A stretch of DNA of 64,000 nucleotides, taken from an uncultured delta proteobacterium. GTDB taxonomy: Bacteria; Desulfobacterota; Binatia; Binatales; Binataceae. The stretch is taken from positions 875,877 through 939,876 of the forward strand of contig CAWFIF010000006.1 in assembly GCA_963815835.1 (NCBI GenBank), read 5' to 3'. Under the pieces are notes generated by a model, which was not told the origin of the DNA, made no database searches, and saw only the letters and a program-made list of their open reading frames with translations. Position 1 is the stretch's first letter. Each line of letters begins with the position of its first letter. Of this stretch, positions 10,234 to 20,171 are shown in pieces. The translations under genes were made by a program, and so were the position numbers.

Positions 10234-10975
10234 AGGCGGCAATGGCTCAATTGGACAACTGAGGGATTTCAAATTCCGTCACTTCTCGTGATCGCATCGT
10301 CTTTAACCTCGAAACCTCCGCCTACGATGCGCGCCTATGTCGGATTGATAGTGCGATTGGGGCCAACTTACGCGCGCCACCATCCTCTCTGGTACCTCTG
10401 AACTAAGAGTGAAGCCTTCCAATGGAATTTCGCACCTCTGAACAAAAGGATCTGAATAAGATACCCCGGCTGAGGCAAACGCGAAGTTGGGAAATGGTAC
10501 ATCGCAGTTCCGGAGCGCACCTATTGCCCTCCGAGCGCTTCAAACGTGATCTGCATAGTCGCGGTTGAAGACGGTGCGGCTTGGGGTTTGATGTCCGGCA
10601 GAGACCGAACCGGCCGTTGCGGAGCCTTGAAGATACCGTGGACCGACAAGGTGCTTGCAAAAGGACACCGCTTGGTGTAATTGCGAGCTTCAACGGGAAG
10701 CTGAAGTTAAATATCCGCCTTTTAGTTGTTGCGACCTTTGTCGGCGAACGAGCATCTCACTCGACATCTCCTCAGGCGAACAGCGATGTGGTCGAAATTC
10801 CGTCAGTTACCTTTCGTTATGCGCATAGGTGCCGGCGCCCTCGTGTTTGGCGCATTTGTATCCATGGCATCGTACGTCCTAGCGTTTCGAGGAGGTCACT
10901 TGTCACCCAATCCTGGAGATTGGGGCAATTTTGGAAGCTACCTCAGTGGCACTATAGGATCCTTGCTAAACCTAG

Positions 10976-12150
10976 GGAATCTCTGCACAAGTGTTCCGGT
11001 TCTGGTATAAACCGTTAGTTGGATCGGCGGATGCGGAGGTGTGGGGATGGGGAATCAGCGGACGTTCGCATCGATGGCGTGGAACGGAAAGGGCAAAGTC
11101 ACTCGGCGCGAGCGGTTTCTGGCCGAGATGGATGCGGTGATTCCATGGCCGAGGCTGGTCAGGCTGATCGAACCGCACTACCCCAAAGCCGGACAAGGTC
11201 GCCAGCCACTGGGCTTGGAGAAGATGCTGCGGATTTACTTCCTGCAGCAGTGGTTCAACCTGTCGGACCCGCAGGCCGAAGACTCGATCTACGACAGCGA
11301 GTCGATGCGGCGCTTTGCACGGGTCGAGCTGGGCGACGAGGTGGTGCCGGATGAGAGCACGATTTTGCGCTTTCGCCACCTGCTGGAGCAGCATGGGCTG
11401 ACCCAAGCGATCTTCGATTCGATCACCGGGCTGTTGGAAGAACGGCGGCTGTTGCTGCGCGCAGGAACTATCGTGGACGCGACCATCATCGCGGCGCCGA
11501 GTTCGACCAAGAACGCCAGTGCGACCCGCGACCCCGAGATGAAGCAGACCCGCAAGGGCAAAAACTGGCACTTCGGCATGAAGCTGCACATCGGAGCGGA
11601 TAAGCGCGGTATCGTCCATACCGTGCGAGCGACCGCCGCCAACGTAGCCGACATCACCCAGCTGCCGGAGCTGCTGCATGGGCAGGAGCGGGAGCTGTTC
11701 GGCGATCAAGCGTACTGGAAGGAAGACGATCGAGAGTTCCTCGAAACGTGGGGAGTGCGCTACCGGATCAACCGGCGCCCTACCTCCCAACGGCCCTTGA
11801 GCGAGCGCTGGCGGATGATCAACCGGGCGCGCTCGCGGACCCGGGCGCGCGGCGAACACGCCTTTCGGGTGGTCAAGCAACTGTGGGGCTTCGCCAAAGT
11901 GAGATACCGCGGTCTGGCCAAGAACCTGGCGCGAGCGCAGACCATGTTTGCGCTGGCCAACCTCTACCAGGTTCGCAGACATTTGCTCCCAGTAGGGGCC
12001 AGCTGCGTGCTGTGAGGAATCCTCGGGCAGCGGGCAGTCTCTATGGCGATCATCGCCCGACCAACTATCACTCGCTCGCCGCTCTCTGAACCCGATTGTT
12101 ATGACCACTTCAGCCAATCGCTCAACAACACCGACCTGTGCAGACCTTCC
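10976..12150 (+). mobile_element. IS5-family insertion sequence, copy 1 (1175 bp)
   Basis: Imperfect terminal IRs GGAATCTCTGCACAAGT / GGAAGGTCTGCACAGGT (revcomp). CTAG on both sides (10972-75, 12151-54). Confidence 0.95.
11041..12015 (+). CDS. IS5 family DDE transposase
   Basis: TRRERFLAEM, MLRIYFLQQWFNLSD, VPDESTILRFR, IVDATII, HFGMKLHIG, GDQAY, EHAF..K..WGF.KVRYRG. Confidence 0.96.
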   Translation: MGMGNQRTFASMAWNGKGKVTRRERFLAEMDAVIPWPRLVRLIEPHYPKAGQGRQPLGLEKMLRIYFLQQWFNLSDPQAEDSIYDSESMRRFARVELGDEVVPDESTILRFRHLLEQHGLTQAIFDSITGLLEERRLLLRAGTIVDATIIAAPSSTKNASATRDPEMKQTRKGKNWHFGMKLHIGADKRGIVHTVRATAANVADITQLPELLHGQERELFGDQAYWKEDDREFLETWGVRYRINRRPTSQRPLSERWRMINRARSRTRARGEHAFRVVKQLWGFAKVRYRGLAKNLARAQTMFALANLYQVRRHLLPVGASCVL

Positions 12151-12721
12151 CTAGTGGCCCTAGGTGCTGTCTACCTTGCTTACCTCCATCAAGTTGAAGC
12201 CTCTCGAGACTTGGCTCTATCGAATGGCATTCAGACGCTTAGCGAGTCCATTCAATCTTGTCAGGCGGAACATAAGACACGGGGCACGATCAAGGGTCAC
12301 AGATATTTTGAGGAATACGGTTAACAATTGTGGTCAAGTTATTGCGACTGCTCCAACAAGAATTTGGCTGAACCTTGGAAGATCGCGCGGGCAACCCTTC
12401 TGGAAGGTGATGAAGCGAATTGGACAAACATTCGCGGCCAAATAGAACGTCTTCTGCTAGCGATTGGTGATGACGCGTCGCTCTCGGACGATAGTCAGCG
12501 CAGCGAAGCGATCGCTAAACTCCAAACCCATCTGAGCTTTGGCATCGCATTGCTACTCGCGGTCAACTCCTATCTCAACGGAATGACGAAGGTGGGCGCT
12601 ATGGCCAGGGAGTACGGTCTTTTCCGATCCGTTGACCCCCATGTCAGCGACTCGCTCGTGGGCGACGGGGTCTGCGAGAAGTCTGCATTCGAGCCGAAGC
12701 GCACGGGGGCGTAGTGCAACG

Positions 12722-12776
12722 GCCCAACCAAGGCATCAAGCCGACCGCCTGCGGCGGCTGACGCCGGGCGTCAGCC
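12722..12776 (+). other. attC-like (59-base element) site, degenerate
   Basis: R'' GCCCAAC, L'' CATCAAGC, central palindrome, L' GCTGACG, R' GTCAGCC (GTT changed to GTC). Lies 7 bp after the Abi-like stop. Confidence 0.55.
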
Positions 12777-12869
12777 GGATAAGAGAGTCTTGCCTCAAGC
12801 CGGTTCTTCTTGATCGCTTCTTGGAGAAACGATGCGCGACTAAGCCAGTGTCGAGGCCGTCCTCGGACT

Positions 12870-13323
12870 TCACATTTTGCTGTGATCCCAGCTGGCGAAT
12901 TTTTCGGGATGGAATCGAATCACGACGCGCTTGGTTGCCTGCGCCTCCAGCGCGCGATTCTGCTCGGGACTCACAGCGCTGGTGCCGCTCATTTTCGCGC
13001 CGACCAGCCGCAAAACGTCGTAGGTATAATTGGCGTCCTCGACGATCTCGGCGCCGGCCGCGAATCATCAGGCCGCGCAGCTTGTTGTAGGCGGTCCCTG
13101 ACTCCCACATCATCGTCGCGCGCGGATCGCGGCGGATATTCACCGCCTTCTGCGACTTGCCGTAGGTCGTCATCACGATGTTGCCGTCCTTGACCGCGTA
13201 CCACATCGCGATCAGATGCGGATGGCCGTCGCGGCCGTTGGTGGCGAGCGTCGCGGTGCGCCCCTCTTCGATGAAACGTCGCGATTCCTCGGGAGTTAGC
13301 TGTATCGATTTTCTGCGATCCAT
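12870..13323 (-). pseudogene. PPOX-class / F420-dependent oxidoreductase with a single frameshift near 13055
   Basis: ATLATNGRDGHPHL..MWY, SQKAVNIRRDPR. After GLMIRG, a shifted frame reads AEIVEDANY...KRVVIRFHPEKFASWDHSKM*. Confidence 0.75.
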
Positions 13324-13414
13324 CGGTATTGAGGTGTCCTCCTTCCTTTTTCCCTCTCCTAAAAGGGGAGGGTGGCGCTACTGCGCCGGGTGAGGTCTGG
13401 GGAGCAGCGCGAAA

Positions 13415-13888
13415 TCATCCGTTCGGCTTCTTCGCCCATCCTTCATCGTAAGGCGTGAGCATGCGGGTGAAGAACCTGAGTCGCTTGAACTTCCATTCGC
13501 CGCCGACTCGCACGTAGTCGTCCTCGTATCTGCCCGCGAGCCACATCGCGGTTTCGCTTTCGCCACTGCGGCGTGTCAGCGGTTGCAGCAGATACCATCG
13601 CCCGGTGGCAGTATCGCCGTCAACCTCGATGATCGGATTCATCGCGTTATGAATCGCGAATGAAAACGCCGATGGCGCCCTGCGAAAAAATTTGATGATG
13701 CCCGCGCGGCCGTCGCCTTTCCCGAGCGCGCCGCCATCCCATACGCCATCATCGGTGAACAGCGATGCGATACCCTCGGCGTCGTAGTTGTTGTCGCAGT
13801 GCGCGCAGTATCGCGCTTTGAGCTGTTTGATCTGCTCGATGTCTTCCAGCTTGCGAAGCCGCGCCGCCAATTCTTCCAGGGTTGCCAT
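13415..13888 (-). CDS. SnoaL/NTF2-like protein (LinA/BaiE-like)
   Basis: LEDIEQIKQLKARYC..CD, LFTDDGVW, IEVDGDTATGRWY, GRYEDDY..GEWKF. Confidence 0.85.
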   Translation of the reverse strand: MATLEELAARLRKLEDIEQIKQLKARYCAHCDNNYDAEGIASLFTDDGVWDGGALGKGDGRAGIIKFFRRAPSAFSFAIHNAMNPIIEVDGDTATGRWYLLQPLTRRSGESETAMWLAGRYEDDYVRVGGEWKFKRLRFFTRMLTPYDEGWAKKPNG

Positions 13889-13899
13889 GCCAGGATCCG

Positions 13900-14295
13900 C
13901 TACTTCTTCAAACGGGCCACCGCTTTGATTTCCACCAGACCGCCGGGGAACGCGAGTTCAGTGATGCCGATGGCGGTCCACGCGGGATAGGGCGCGCTGA
14001 CGTAGCGATCCTTTACCTTCGTGAAAGTGCGAATGTTGGCCTGCAATCCGACATGGAAGGTGGTGAGGTCGACGATATCGCCGAACGACGCGCCCGCCGC
14101 GGTCAGCACCGATTTGAGCGACTCGAAGGCCTGCGTGAATTGCATCTCGGGATCGCTCGGCGCCTTGCCATCAGGACCGATTCCGATCACGCCGGAACAG
14201 AAAAGCCGGTCTCCGTCTTTCACCGCCGGGGCGAAGTGAAAGTTGTCGTACATGGCCTTCATTTCGGATGGAATGACAACGCTGTTCTTGTCCAT
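13900..14295 (-). CDS. RidA/YjgF/YER057c family protein
   Basis: FAPAVK, LFCSGVIG, PYPAWTAIGITELA..LVEIK. Confidence 0.9.
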   Translation of the reverse strand: MDKNSVVIPSEMKAMYDNFHFAPAVKDGDRLFCSGVIGIGPDGKAPSDPEMQFTQAFESLKSVLTAAGASFGDIVDLTTFHVGLQANIRTFTKVKDRYVSAPYPAWTAIGITELAFPGGLVEIKAVARLKK

Positions 14296-14421
14296 AAGAA
14301 TCTCCGATTGAAAAGTGCGACTACAATCGCTCCTAAACGGCGAGGGCGTCAACTTGTCTGAACGCGCGACGGGATGGAAGCTAGGCGCATAACTCTCATC
14401 GCGAAGTTGCGGGAGAAGCTC

Positions 14422-14952
14422 ATGCCCAAATCAGAAGCCAGGTGGCGCGACAAGGTGAGAATCTCGCAGGGCGACATCACGGATCGGGCTCTCGATGCGA
14501 TCGTCAACGCCGCTAACAATGACCTGATCCTCGGCGCGGGCGTCGCGGGCGCGATCCGCAGCAAAGGTGGTCCCGAGATTCAAGAGGGATGCGACCGCAT
14601 CGGGCGCATTCCATTGGGCGAGGCTGCCGTCACGACGGGCGGTAAGCTCAAGGCGAAGCTGGTCATCCACGCCGCCAGCATGCGGTTGGGCGGCCGGACC
14701 TCGGAGGCGAATCTGCGCGCCTCGACGCGCAACTCACTGCGGCGCGCATCGGAGCGCAAGGTCGAGAGCATCGGATTTCCCGCGATCGGCACCGGCATCG
14801 CAGGATTTCCATTGGATCGATGCGCGCGGGTGATGCTGGAGGAAGTGCGCGATCATCTCGCGAGCGAGACCTCGGTAAGGTTGGTGGAGTTCGTGCTCTT
14901 CGATCGCGCCGCCTTCGATACCTTTAAGAAAGTGTTCGAGGCGATGCCTTGA
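14422..14952 (+). CDS. macro domain protein (YmdB-like ADP-ribose hydrolase)
   Basis: GDIT, DAIVNAAN, GAGVAGAI, VIHA, FPAIGTGIAGFP. Confidence 0.92.
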   Translation: MPKSEARWRDKVRISQGDITDRALDAIVNAANNDLILGAGVAGAIRSKGGPEIQEGCDRIGRIPLGEAAVTTGGKLKAKLVIHAASMRLGGRTSEANLRASTRNSLRRASERKVESIGFPAIGTGIAGFPLDRCARVMLEEVRDHLASETSVRLVEFVLFDRAAFDTFKKVFEAMP

Positions 14953-14967
14953 GATCATAGGCTGCGC

Positions 14968-16569
14968 TCAATGAGCAGCGCTGCTGGAGCCGCTACCGGC
15001 GCCGACGCGACGCAGCAATAAGAACGATGGAATCAGGAGCATCATCCAGACCGCCAGCCCCCGATAGATGTCGTTGAACGAAAGCATCGAGGCTTGCGCC
15101 TGGATCATTCCGTACACGCCCGCGAAGCCCTGATGATTCCCGCCCGTCAGTTGCGGCAGATACGCGAAGCCGTGCGCGCCCGCCATCCGCGGCGCCGCAT
15201 TGCTCATCCGCCACGCGTCGAACACCGAGAAGTGCTCGACCAGGTAGGACTGATGGATCTGCTGATGACTGACCAGCGTGGTCGTCATGTAGGAAACGCC
15301 AATCGCGGCGCCTGTGTTGCGCATCATGTTGTACAGGCTCGCCGCATAGCCCATCCGCTCACGATGGACGACCGAGAGCGTCGTGGCAGACAGCGTCGGG
15401 AAGATGAATCCCATTCCAACGCCCATGACTATGCTCGCCCAGACGACCACCCGGGTGCTGACGTCGAGGTCCCACTTCGACATCGACCACAGCGCGGTCG
15501 CCATCAGGACGAAACCCACGCCAACCAGTGGACGCACGTCGATGCGAAAGCGCGCGAGTTGCCCGATGAGCAGCATCGAGCACATCGTGCCCAGCCCGCG
15601 CGGCGCCAGCACCAGGCCCGCCCGCCACGCGGTGTAGCCCATCAGCTCCTGGAGGAAGATGGGATTGAGCAGACCGGTGCCATAGAGCGAGAAGCTCATC
15701 GCGACGATCAGGCTGACCGAGAGGTCGAAGGCCGGGATCGCCATGATGCGTAGGTCGAGAATCGGCTCGGGAAAGCGCAGCTCATGGATTACGAGGATGA
15801 GTAGCGTCGCCGCGGAGGCGGCGGTGAAATACCATACCCATGCGGAGCTGAACCAGTCGGCGCGCTGCCCGCGATCGAGAACGATTTGCATCATGCCGAG
15901 GCCGAACACAAGGCATAGGATCCCGATGTAATCGACGCGTCCGCCTTTCGCGCGGCGCTGGCGCAGATACGCCGGGTCATGCACGAAGGTGTAGACCATC
16001 AACAATGCCGCCGCGCCGACCGGCAGATTGATGTAGAAATTCCAGCGCCAGTTCCAGTTGTCGGTGATCCATCCGCCCAGTGTCGGACCCATGATCGGCG
16101 CGACCATCAGCCCGACTCCCCACATCGCCATCGCGAGTTGCTGCTCGGCGGGCGGAAAGGTCTCCATCAGGATCGCTTGCGAGGACGGGATCATCGCGGC
16201 GCCCGCCGCGCCTTGGATCAGCCGGAAGATGACCATCTGATCGAGCGAGGTGGCCGCGCCGCACAGCCCCGACGCGGCGACGAACACCGCGACCGAGGTC
16301 ATGAAGTAGCGCTTGCGTCCGAAGCGCGAGGAGATCCATCCCGTCATCGGGATCATGATGCCGTTGGCGACCAGGTAGCTGGTGACGACCCATGCGATCT
16401 CGTCGACGCTCGCGGAAAAGGAGCCCTGCATGTGTGGCAGCGCGACGTTGACGATCGAGGTGTCGAGGACCTCGAGCGTGGTGCCGAGCATCACGGCGAC
16501 CGCGATCAGCCACTTTTGCGCCGATCCGGCCTCGAGGTGCTGGTCGCTTGATGTAGCCGCGGCGCCCAT
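14968..16569 (-). CDS. DHA2 family MFS efflux permease (EmrB-like)
   Basis: LDTSIVNVALP, WVVTSYLVAN, GPTLGGWIT, WRWNFYINLP, LDRGQ..DWF. Confidence 0.92.
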   Translation of the reverse strand: MGAAATSSDQHLEAGSAQKWLIAVAVMLGTTLEVLDTSIVNVALPHMQGSFSASVDEIAWVVTSYLVANGIMIPMTGWISSRFGRKRYFMTSVAVFVAASGLCGAATSLDQMVIFRLIQGAAGAAMIPSSQAILMETFPPAEQQLAMAMWGVGLMVAPIMGPTLGGWITDNWNWRWNFYINLPVGAAALLMVYTFVHDPAYLRQRRAKGGRVDYIGILCLVFGLGMMQIVLDRGQRADWFSSAWVWYFTAASAATLLILVIHELRFPEPILDLRIMAIPAFDLSVSLIVAMSFSLYGTGLLNPIFLQELMGYTAWRAGLVLAPRGLGTMCSMLLIGQLARFRIDVRPLVGVGFVLMATALWSMSKWDLDVSTRVVVWASIVMGVGMGFIFPTLSATTLSVVHRERMGYAASLYNMMRNTGAAIGVSYMTTTLVSHQQIHQSYLVEHFSVFDAWRMSNAAPRMAGAHGFAYLPQLTGGNHQGFAGVYGMIQAQASMLSFNDIYRGLAVWMMLLIPSFLLLRRVGAGSGSSSAAH

Positions 16570-16682
16570 CCGTTCAAGAATAGTGCCCGAGGGCACCGCT
16601 AAGAAGGGCAATGCGAAGAAATTTTAATGAGATGTAACATAAGGGTAATGACTTGAGTCTTGGAGACGGTTACCTTCGATCT

Positions 16683-18269
16683 ATGCGGCTTGCGGCTATC
16701 GACGTCGGAACCAACTCGGTGCACATGGTGATTGCCGACGTCAATCGCGACGGCAACATCGATGTCGTCGACCGCGTCAAGGAAACCGTCCGCCTTGGGA
16801 GGCGCGCCTTCGAAACCGGAACCCTCAGCAAGGAAGCGATGGACCTCGCGGTCCGCACGCTCAGCAACTTCCAAAAGCTCATCAAACTTCGCCACGTCAA
16901 TCGGATGCGCGCGGTTGCGACCAGCGCGGTGCGCGAGACCAAGAACAGCGCGGAGTTCGTGGCCCGCATCCGGCGCGAAACCGGCATCAAGGTTGAAATC
17001 ATTCCCGGCGCCGAGGAAGCGCGGCTCATCTTCATTGCCGCGCGTCATGCGATGGGGCTCGAAGGCGGACCGCATCTGCTGGTCGATATCGGCGGCGGCA
17101 GCATCGAGTTGGTGATGGTGCGCGACGGCGAGCCGATGTGGATGCGCAGCCTCAAGCTCGGAGTCTCTCGCCTCACCGAGCAATTCCTCACCGATGATCC
17201 GCCGAGCCCACGCCAGGTTCGCGATTTGGAAGCGCATCTTGCGGACGAGATGGGCGACCTGCTGAAAAGTGCGCGCCGCGAGGGCGTCGAACGTGCGATC
17301 GGAACTTCGGGCACCGTCAACACGCTCGTCGCGATGGCGCGTGCGGGACGAGGCGAGGAGTTGGGGCGGCTCGGCGGCGCAACCGCATCGGCCGATGAGA
17401 TCGCGCAGATCCGCCGCCGCATCGTGGAATGCGACCTAGCCGATCGCCTCGAACTGCCGGGCATGGATGCCAAACGGGCCGACCTGATGCCGGCCTCCGC
17501 GATTCTCACCGATTACATCTTGCGCCATTCGGGAGCCCCGGAACTGGTCGCATGCACGTGGGCGCTGCGCGAGGGCTTGCTGCTCGAGCTGGCGGGCCTC
17601 GCCAGCCGTCGCGAAGCGATCGATGCGCGCAAGCATTCGGTCGCCGCGCTGGCGCAGAAATTCGAAGGGAACAACGAGCACGGCCAGACGGTCGCGAAAC
17701 TTGCGGGCCAGCTCTTCGATGCTACCGCGGAGGCCCTCGAGTTGCCCGCACATTCGCGCGAGATTCTGGAGTATGCGGCGCTGCTGCACGACATCGGGCA
17801 CAGCATCGATCACGATCGCCACAACCGTCATTCGTATTACCTGATCAAGAATGCCGACCTGTTCGGATTTACCCCGGACGAAATCGAGAGCATCGCGCAA
17901 GTCGCCCGCGGCCATCGCAAGCAAGGCGCGAAGGTTGATTCTCCCGAACTGTACGCGCTGCCTGAGGACAAGCGCCGCATGGTGCGTGCGCTGGCGGCAA
18001 TCCTGCGCGTCGCGGACGGCCTCGATCGCACCCACTTCGGCGTGGTCAGGAATGTTCACGTCAGCTATGCGCCGGGCAAGCTCTACATTGACGTCGATTC
18101 CGGCTCTGAGCGCGCGGACCTTGAGCTGTGGACCTGTGAGAAGAGAGTCGATCTTCTTGCCAAGTTACTCGGCCGCCGCGTTGTGATGCGGCAGCGAATC
18201 GGCGGACGCCGGAAGCCGGCCGTCATCGACGCTTCCGCGGCAATCGCCAGAAGACAACGCGCTGTGTGA
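16683..18269 (+). CDS. ppx: exopolyphosphatase Ppx/GppA with HD domain
   Basis: AAIDVGTNS, ATSAVRE, EEARL, DIGGGSIE, GTSGT, ALREG, LLHDIG. Confidence 0.92.
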   Translation: MRLAAIDVGTNSVHMVIADVNRDGNIDVVDRVKETVRLGRRAFETGTLSKEAMDLAVRTLSNFQKLIKLRHVNRMRAVATSAVRETKNSAEFVARIRRETGIKVEIIPGAEEARLIFIAARHAMGLEGGPHLLVDIGGGSIELVMVRDGEPMWMRSLKLGVSRLTEQFLTDDPPSPRQVRDLEAHLADEMGDLLKSARREGVERAIGTSGTVNTLVAMARAGRGEELGRLGGATASADEIAQIRRRIVECDLADRLELPGMDAKRADLMPASAILTDYILRHSGAPELVACTWALREGLLLELAGLASRREAIDARKHSVAALAQKFEGNNEHGQTVAKLAGQLFDATAEALELPAHSREILEYAALLHDIGHSIDHDRHNRHSYYLIKNADLFGFTPDEIESIAQVARGHRKQGAKVDSPELYALPEDKRRMVRALAAILRVADGLDRTHFGVVRNVHVSYAPGKLYIDVDSGSERADLELWTCEKRVDLLAKLLGRRVVMRQRIGGRRKPAVIDASAAIARRQRAV

Positions 18270-18299
18270 CTTCCCATCTCCGCCATGCTTGTAGCATGA

Positions 18300-19295
18300 T
18301 TGCGTCGCGGAGAATTTCTATCCTTGGCAGCGGCACAGTTCAGCGTCCCCCCGCACGATGCGGCCGGTTCAGCGGCGCGCAGCACGATAGCGCTTCACCT
18401 TCGTGCGCTGCTGGCTCAGATTCCCGCCGCCCAGCGAGGCGAGGCGGAGCCGATACATCAGGTGCGGGTTGCGGCGCGCCGTTTGCGCTCCGCAGTCCGT
18501 TTGTTCGCTCCGTACATTTCCTCGATCAGGCCCAAGGTGATGGACGAGCGGCTTAAGTGGCTGGGCAAGCAGGCGGGTGCGGTGCGCGATCTCGACGTCC
18601 TCGAACAGGTGCTGCACAAACGCGTCAAAAAGCTCGATCCGCAAATCGTCAAAGATCTGGATCCGCTGTTCGAGGAAATCCACCTGCGGCGTTCCAAGGC
18701 GGCTGCGGATCTCGCGCGGTCGCTGTCCTCGAACCGCTACAAATCGCTGGTGGCGCGGCTTTCAGCACCCATCGCCATCACGGCTCGCGGCGATGCGGCA
18801 TTCGGCGCCATGGCGGGAGAATTATTCGCGCCGATGTTGAAGTCGGTAATGCGCGCGGGCGAAAAAATGCACGAGGAGCCGACTCCCGACGACCTCCATC
18901 GGCTGCGCAAGCGCGCGAAGGCTTCGCGCTACGCGCTCGAAATGATGCTCGCGATCGACAAGAAGCAGCTCGGGCCGATGCTCAAGGGACTGGAGGATTT
19001 GCAGGACCTGGTGGGCGGCTATCATGACGCGGTAGTTGCGGTGACCTGGATCAGGGATTTCGCCGGCTCACGCCAGCTTCCTGCTGCGGTCGCATTCGCG
19101 TGCGGCGCGCTCGCGGAGGCATTCCGCCGCAGCGAAAGCAAACTCAAGCGCCGCGGGATCAAGGAGTGGCATCGCTTTCTGAAAAGCGATCCCGATCGCA
19201 TCGTGAAAAAGGCGCTCGACCAACATCCGAAAGGGGTTTCATCCGATGATGCTGTACATCATGCGCCACGGCCTCGCCGAAGAGCCCTCGCCTAA
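18300..19295 (+). CDS. CHAD domain (polyphosphate-binding) protein
   Basis: IHQVRVAARRLRS, VRDLDV, LHRLRKRAKASRY, LQDLVG..HD. Start is uncertain. Confidence 0.85.
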   Translation: MRRGEFLSLAAAQFSVPPHDAAGSAARSTIALHLRALLAQIPAAQRGEAEPIHQVRVAARRLRSAVRLFAPYISSIRPKVMDERLKWLGKQAGAVRDLDVLEQVLHKRVKKLDPQIVKDLDPLFEEIHLRRSKAAADLARSLSSNRYKSLVARLSAPIAITARGDAAFGAMAGELFAPMLKSVMRAGEKMHEEPTPDDLHRLRKRAKASRYALEMMLAIDKKQLGPMLKGLEDLQDLVGGYHDAVVAVTWIRDFAGSRQLPAAVAFACGALAEAFRRSESKLKRRGIKEWHRFLKSDPDRIVKKALDQHPKGVSSDDAVHHAPRPRRRALA

Positions 19296-19743
19296 GGGCG
19301 ACGACGCCGCGCGCAAACTGACTCCCAAGGGCGCCGACAAGATTCGCAAGGCCGCGGTCGGCATGCGCGCGACCGGCCTCGCCTTCAACATGATTCTCAC
19401 CAGTCCGATTGCTCGCGCGGCCGAAACCGCCGAAATCGTCGCCAACGAACTCGGCGGCCCGAAGCCTCGCGCGGTCCCTGAGCTTTCCACCGGCGCATCT
19501 CCCGCCAATGCGCTGGAGGCATTGGCGAAGCAGCGCCTGCCCGAGAGCGTGATGGTGGTAGGTCACGAGCCGACGCTCTCGCGATTGGTGTCGCTGATGC
19601 TGACCGGCTCTTCCGAATCGGTGGGAATCAAACTCAAGCAGGGCGGTGTCATCGCGCTGGAATTTCCCGATCGCGTCGAACGCGGCTCCGCACAACTACG
19701 CTGGATGATGACCCAGCGCCAACTGCGGCAACTCGGGAAATAG
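19246..19743 (+). CDS. sixA: phosphohistidine phosphatase SixA
   Basis: LYIMRHG, R.LT..G, TSPIARA.ETA, VGHEP. Confidence 0.88.
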   Translation: MMLYIMRHGLAEEPSPKGDDAARKLTPKGADKIRKAAVGMRATGLAFNMILTSPIARAAETAEIVANELGGPKPRAVPELSTGASPANALEALAKQRLPESVMVVGHEPTLSRLVSLMLTGSSESVGIKLKQGGVIALEFPDRVERGSAQLRWMMTQRQLRQLGK

Positions 19744-20102
19744 TCGCGCCGGTAGTCACTTCGATATGCTGTAGAGCGCGAACGCGCCGCCGAGCTTTTC
19801 CTTAGGGGAAGTATCGACCAGGATGGCCTGCTCGCTCGGGGCAAGATTCACCGCCTCCCAACGCCCTGCAGCACGAGGAAGAAGATGAGCATTTGACCAC
19901 TTACGAAAGCCATTGCGGAGATGACGCCCGAGTGTTGCGCTCGTTCCCGCAGCGGTAGGCTGCAACAGTCCCCATCAGGCTGGCGGAGTTGCTATTAGCC
20001 ACCTGAAACTTTGGTTGCACTCCTGCAACAACAGAACGTCTCCAATTTGCTCGGTTGCGGCGAGACGTCGGCCAAAAGCCACTATTTGTTTGGCAACTAG
20101 AG

Positions 20103-20118
20103 TGGCATCCAACGTGCT
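20103..20118 (+). promoter_or_regulatory. putative sigma-54 (-24/-12) promoter
   Basis: TGGCATCCAACGTGCT fits GG-N10-GC, about 55 bp upstream of the tadG-like start. Confidence 0.45.
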
Positions 20119-20171
20119 GACCCATTCAGATGCTACATTATGTAGTTATATAATACTTCTGGTAAAAAAGT

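Larger units (their letters stand above)
10786..12714 (+). pseudogene. putative phage abortive-infection-like membrane protein, disrupted by IS5 and a nonsense codon
   Basis: Removing the IS and one CTAG restores one frame: ..DWGNFGSYLSGTIGSLLNL|VALGAVYLAYLHQVE... An in-frame TAA sits at 12322-12324, and the same frame continues to 12714. Confidence 0.65.

Noticed and set aside
10234-10785. AT-richer stretch with short ORFs (10403..10693, 10581..11018)
   Set aside because: No recognisable motifs and no clear upstream attC/attI; probably decayed foreign DNA
10972-12117. 381-aa antisense ORF (also 49460..50605)
   Set aside because: Shadow of the IS5 transposase; no independent evidence
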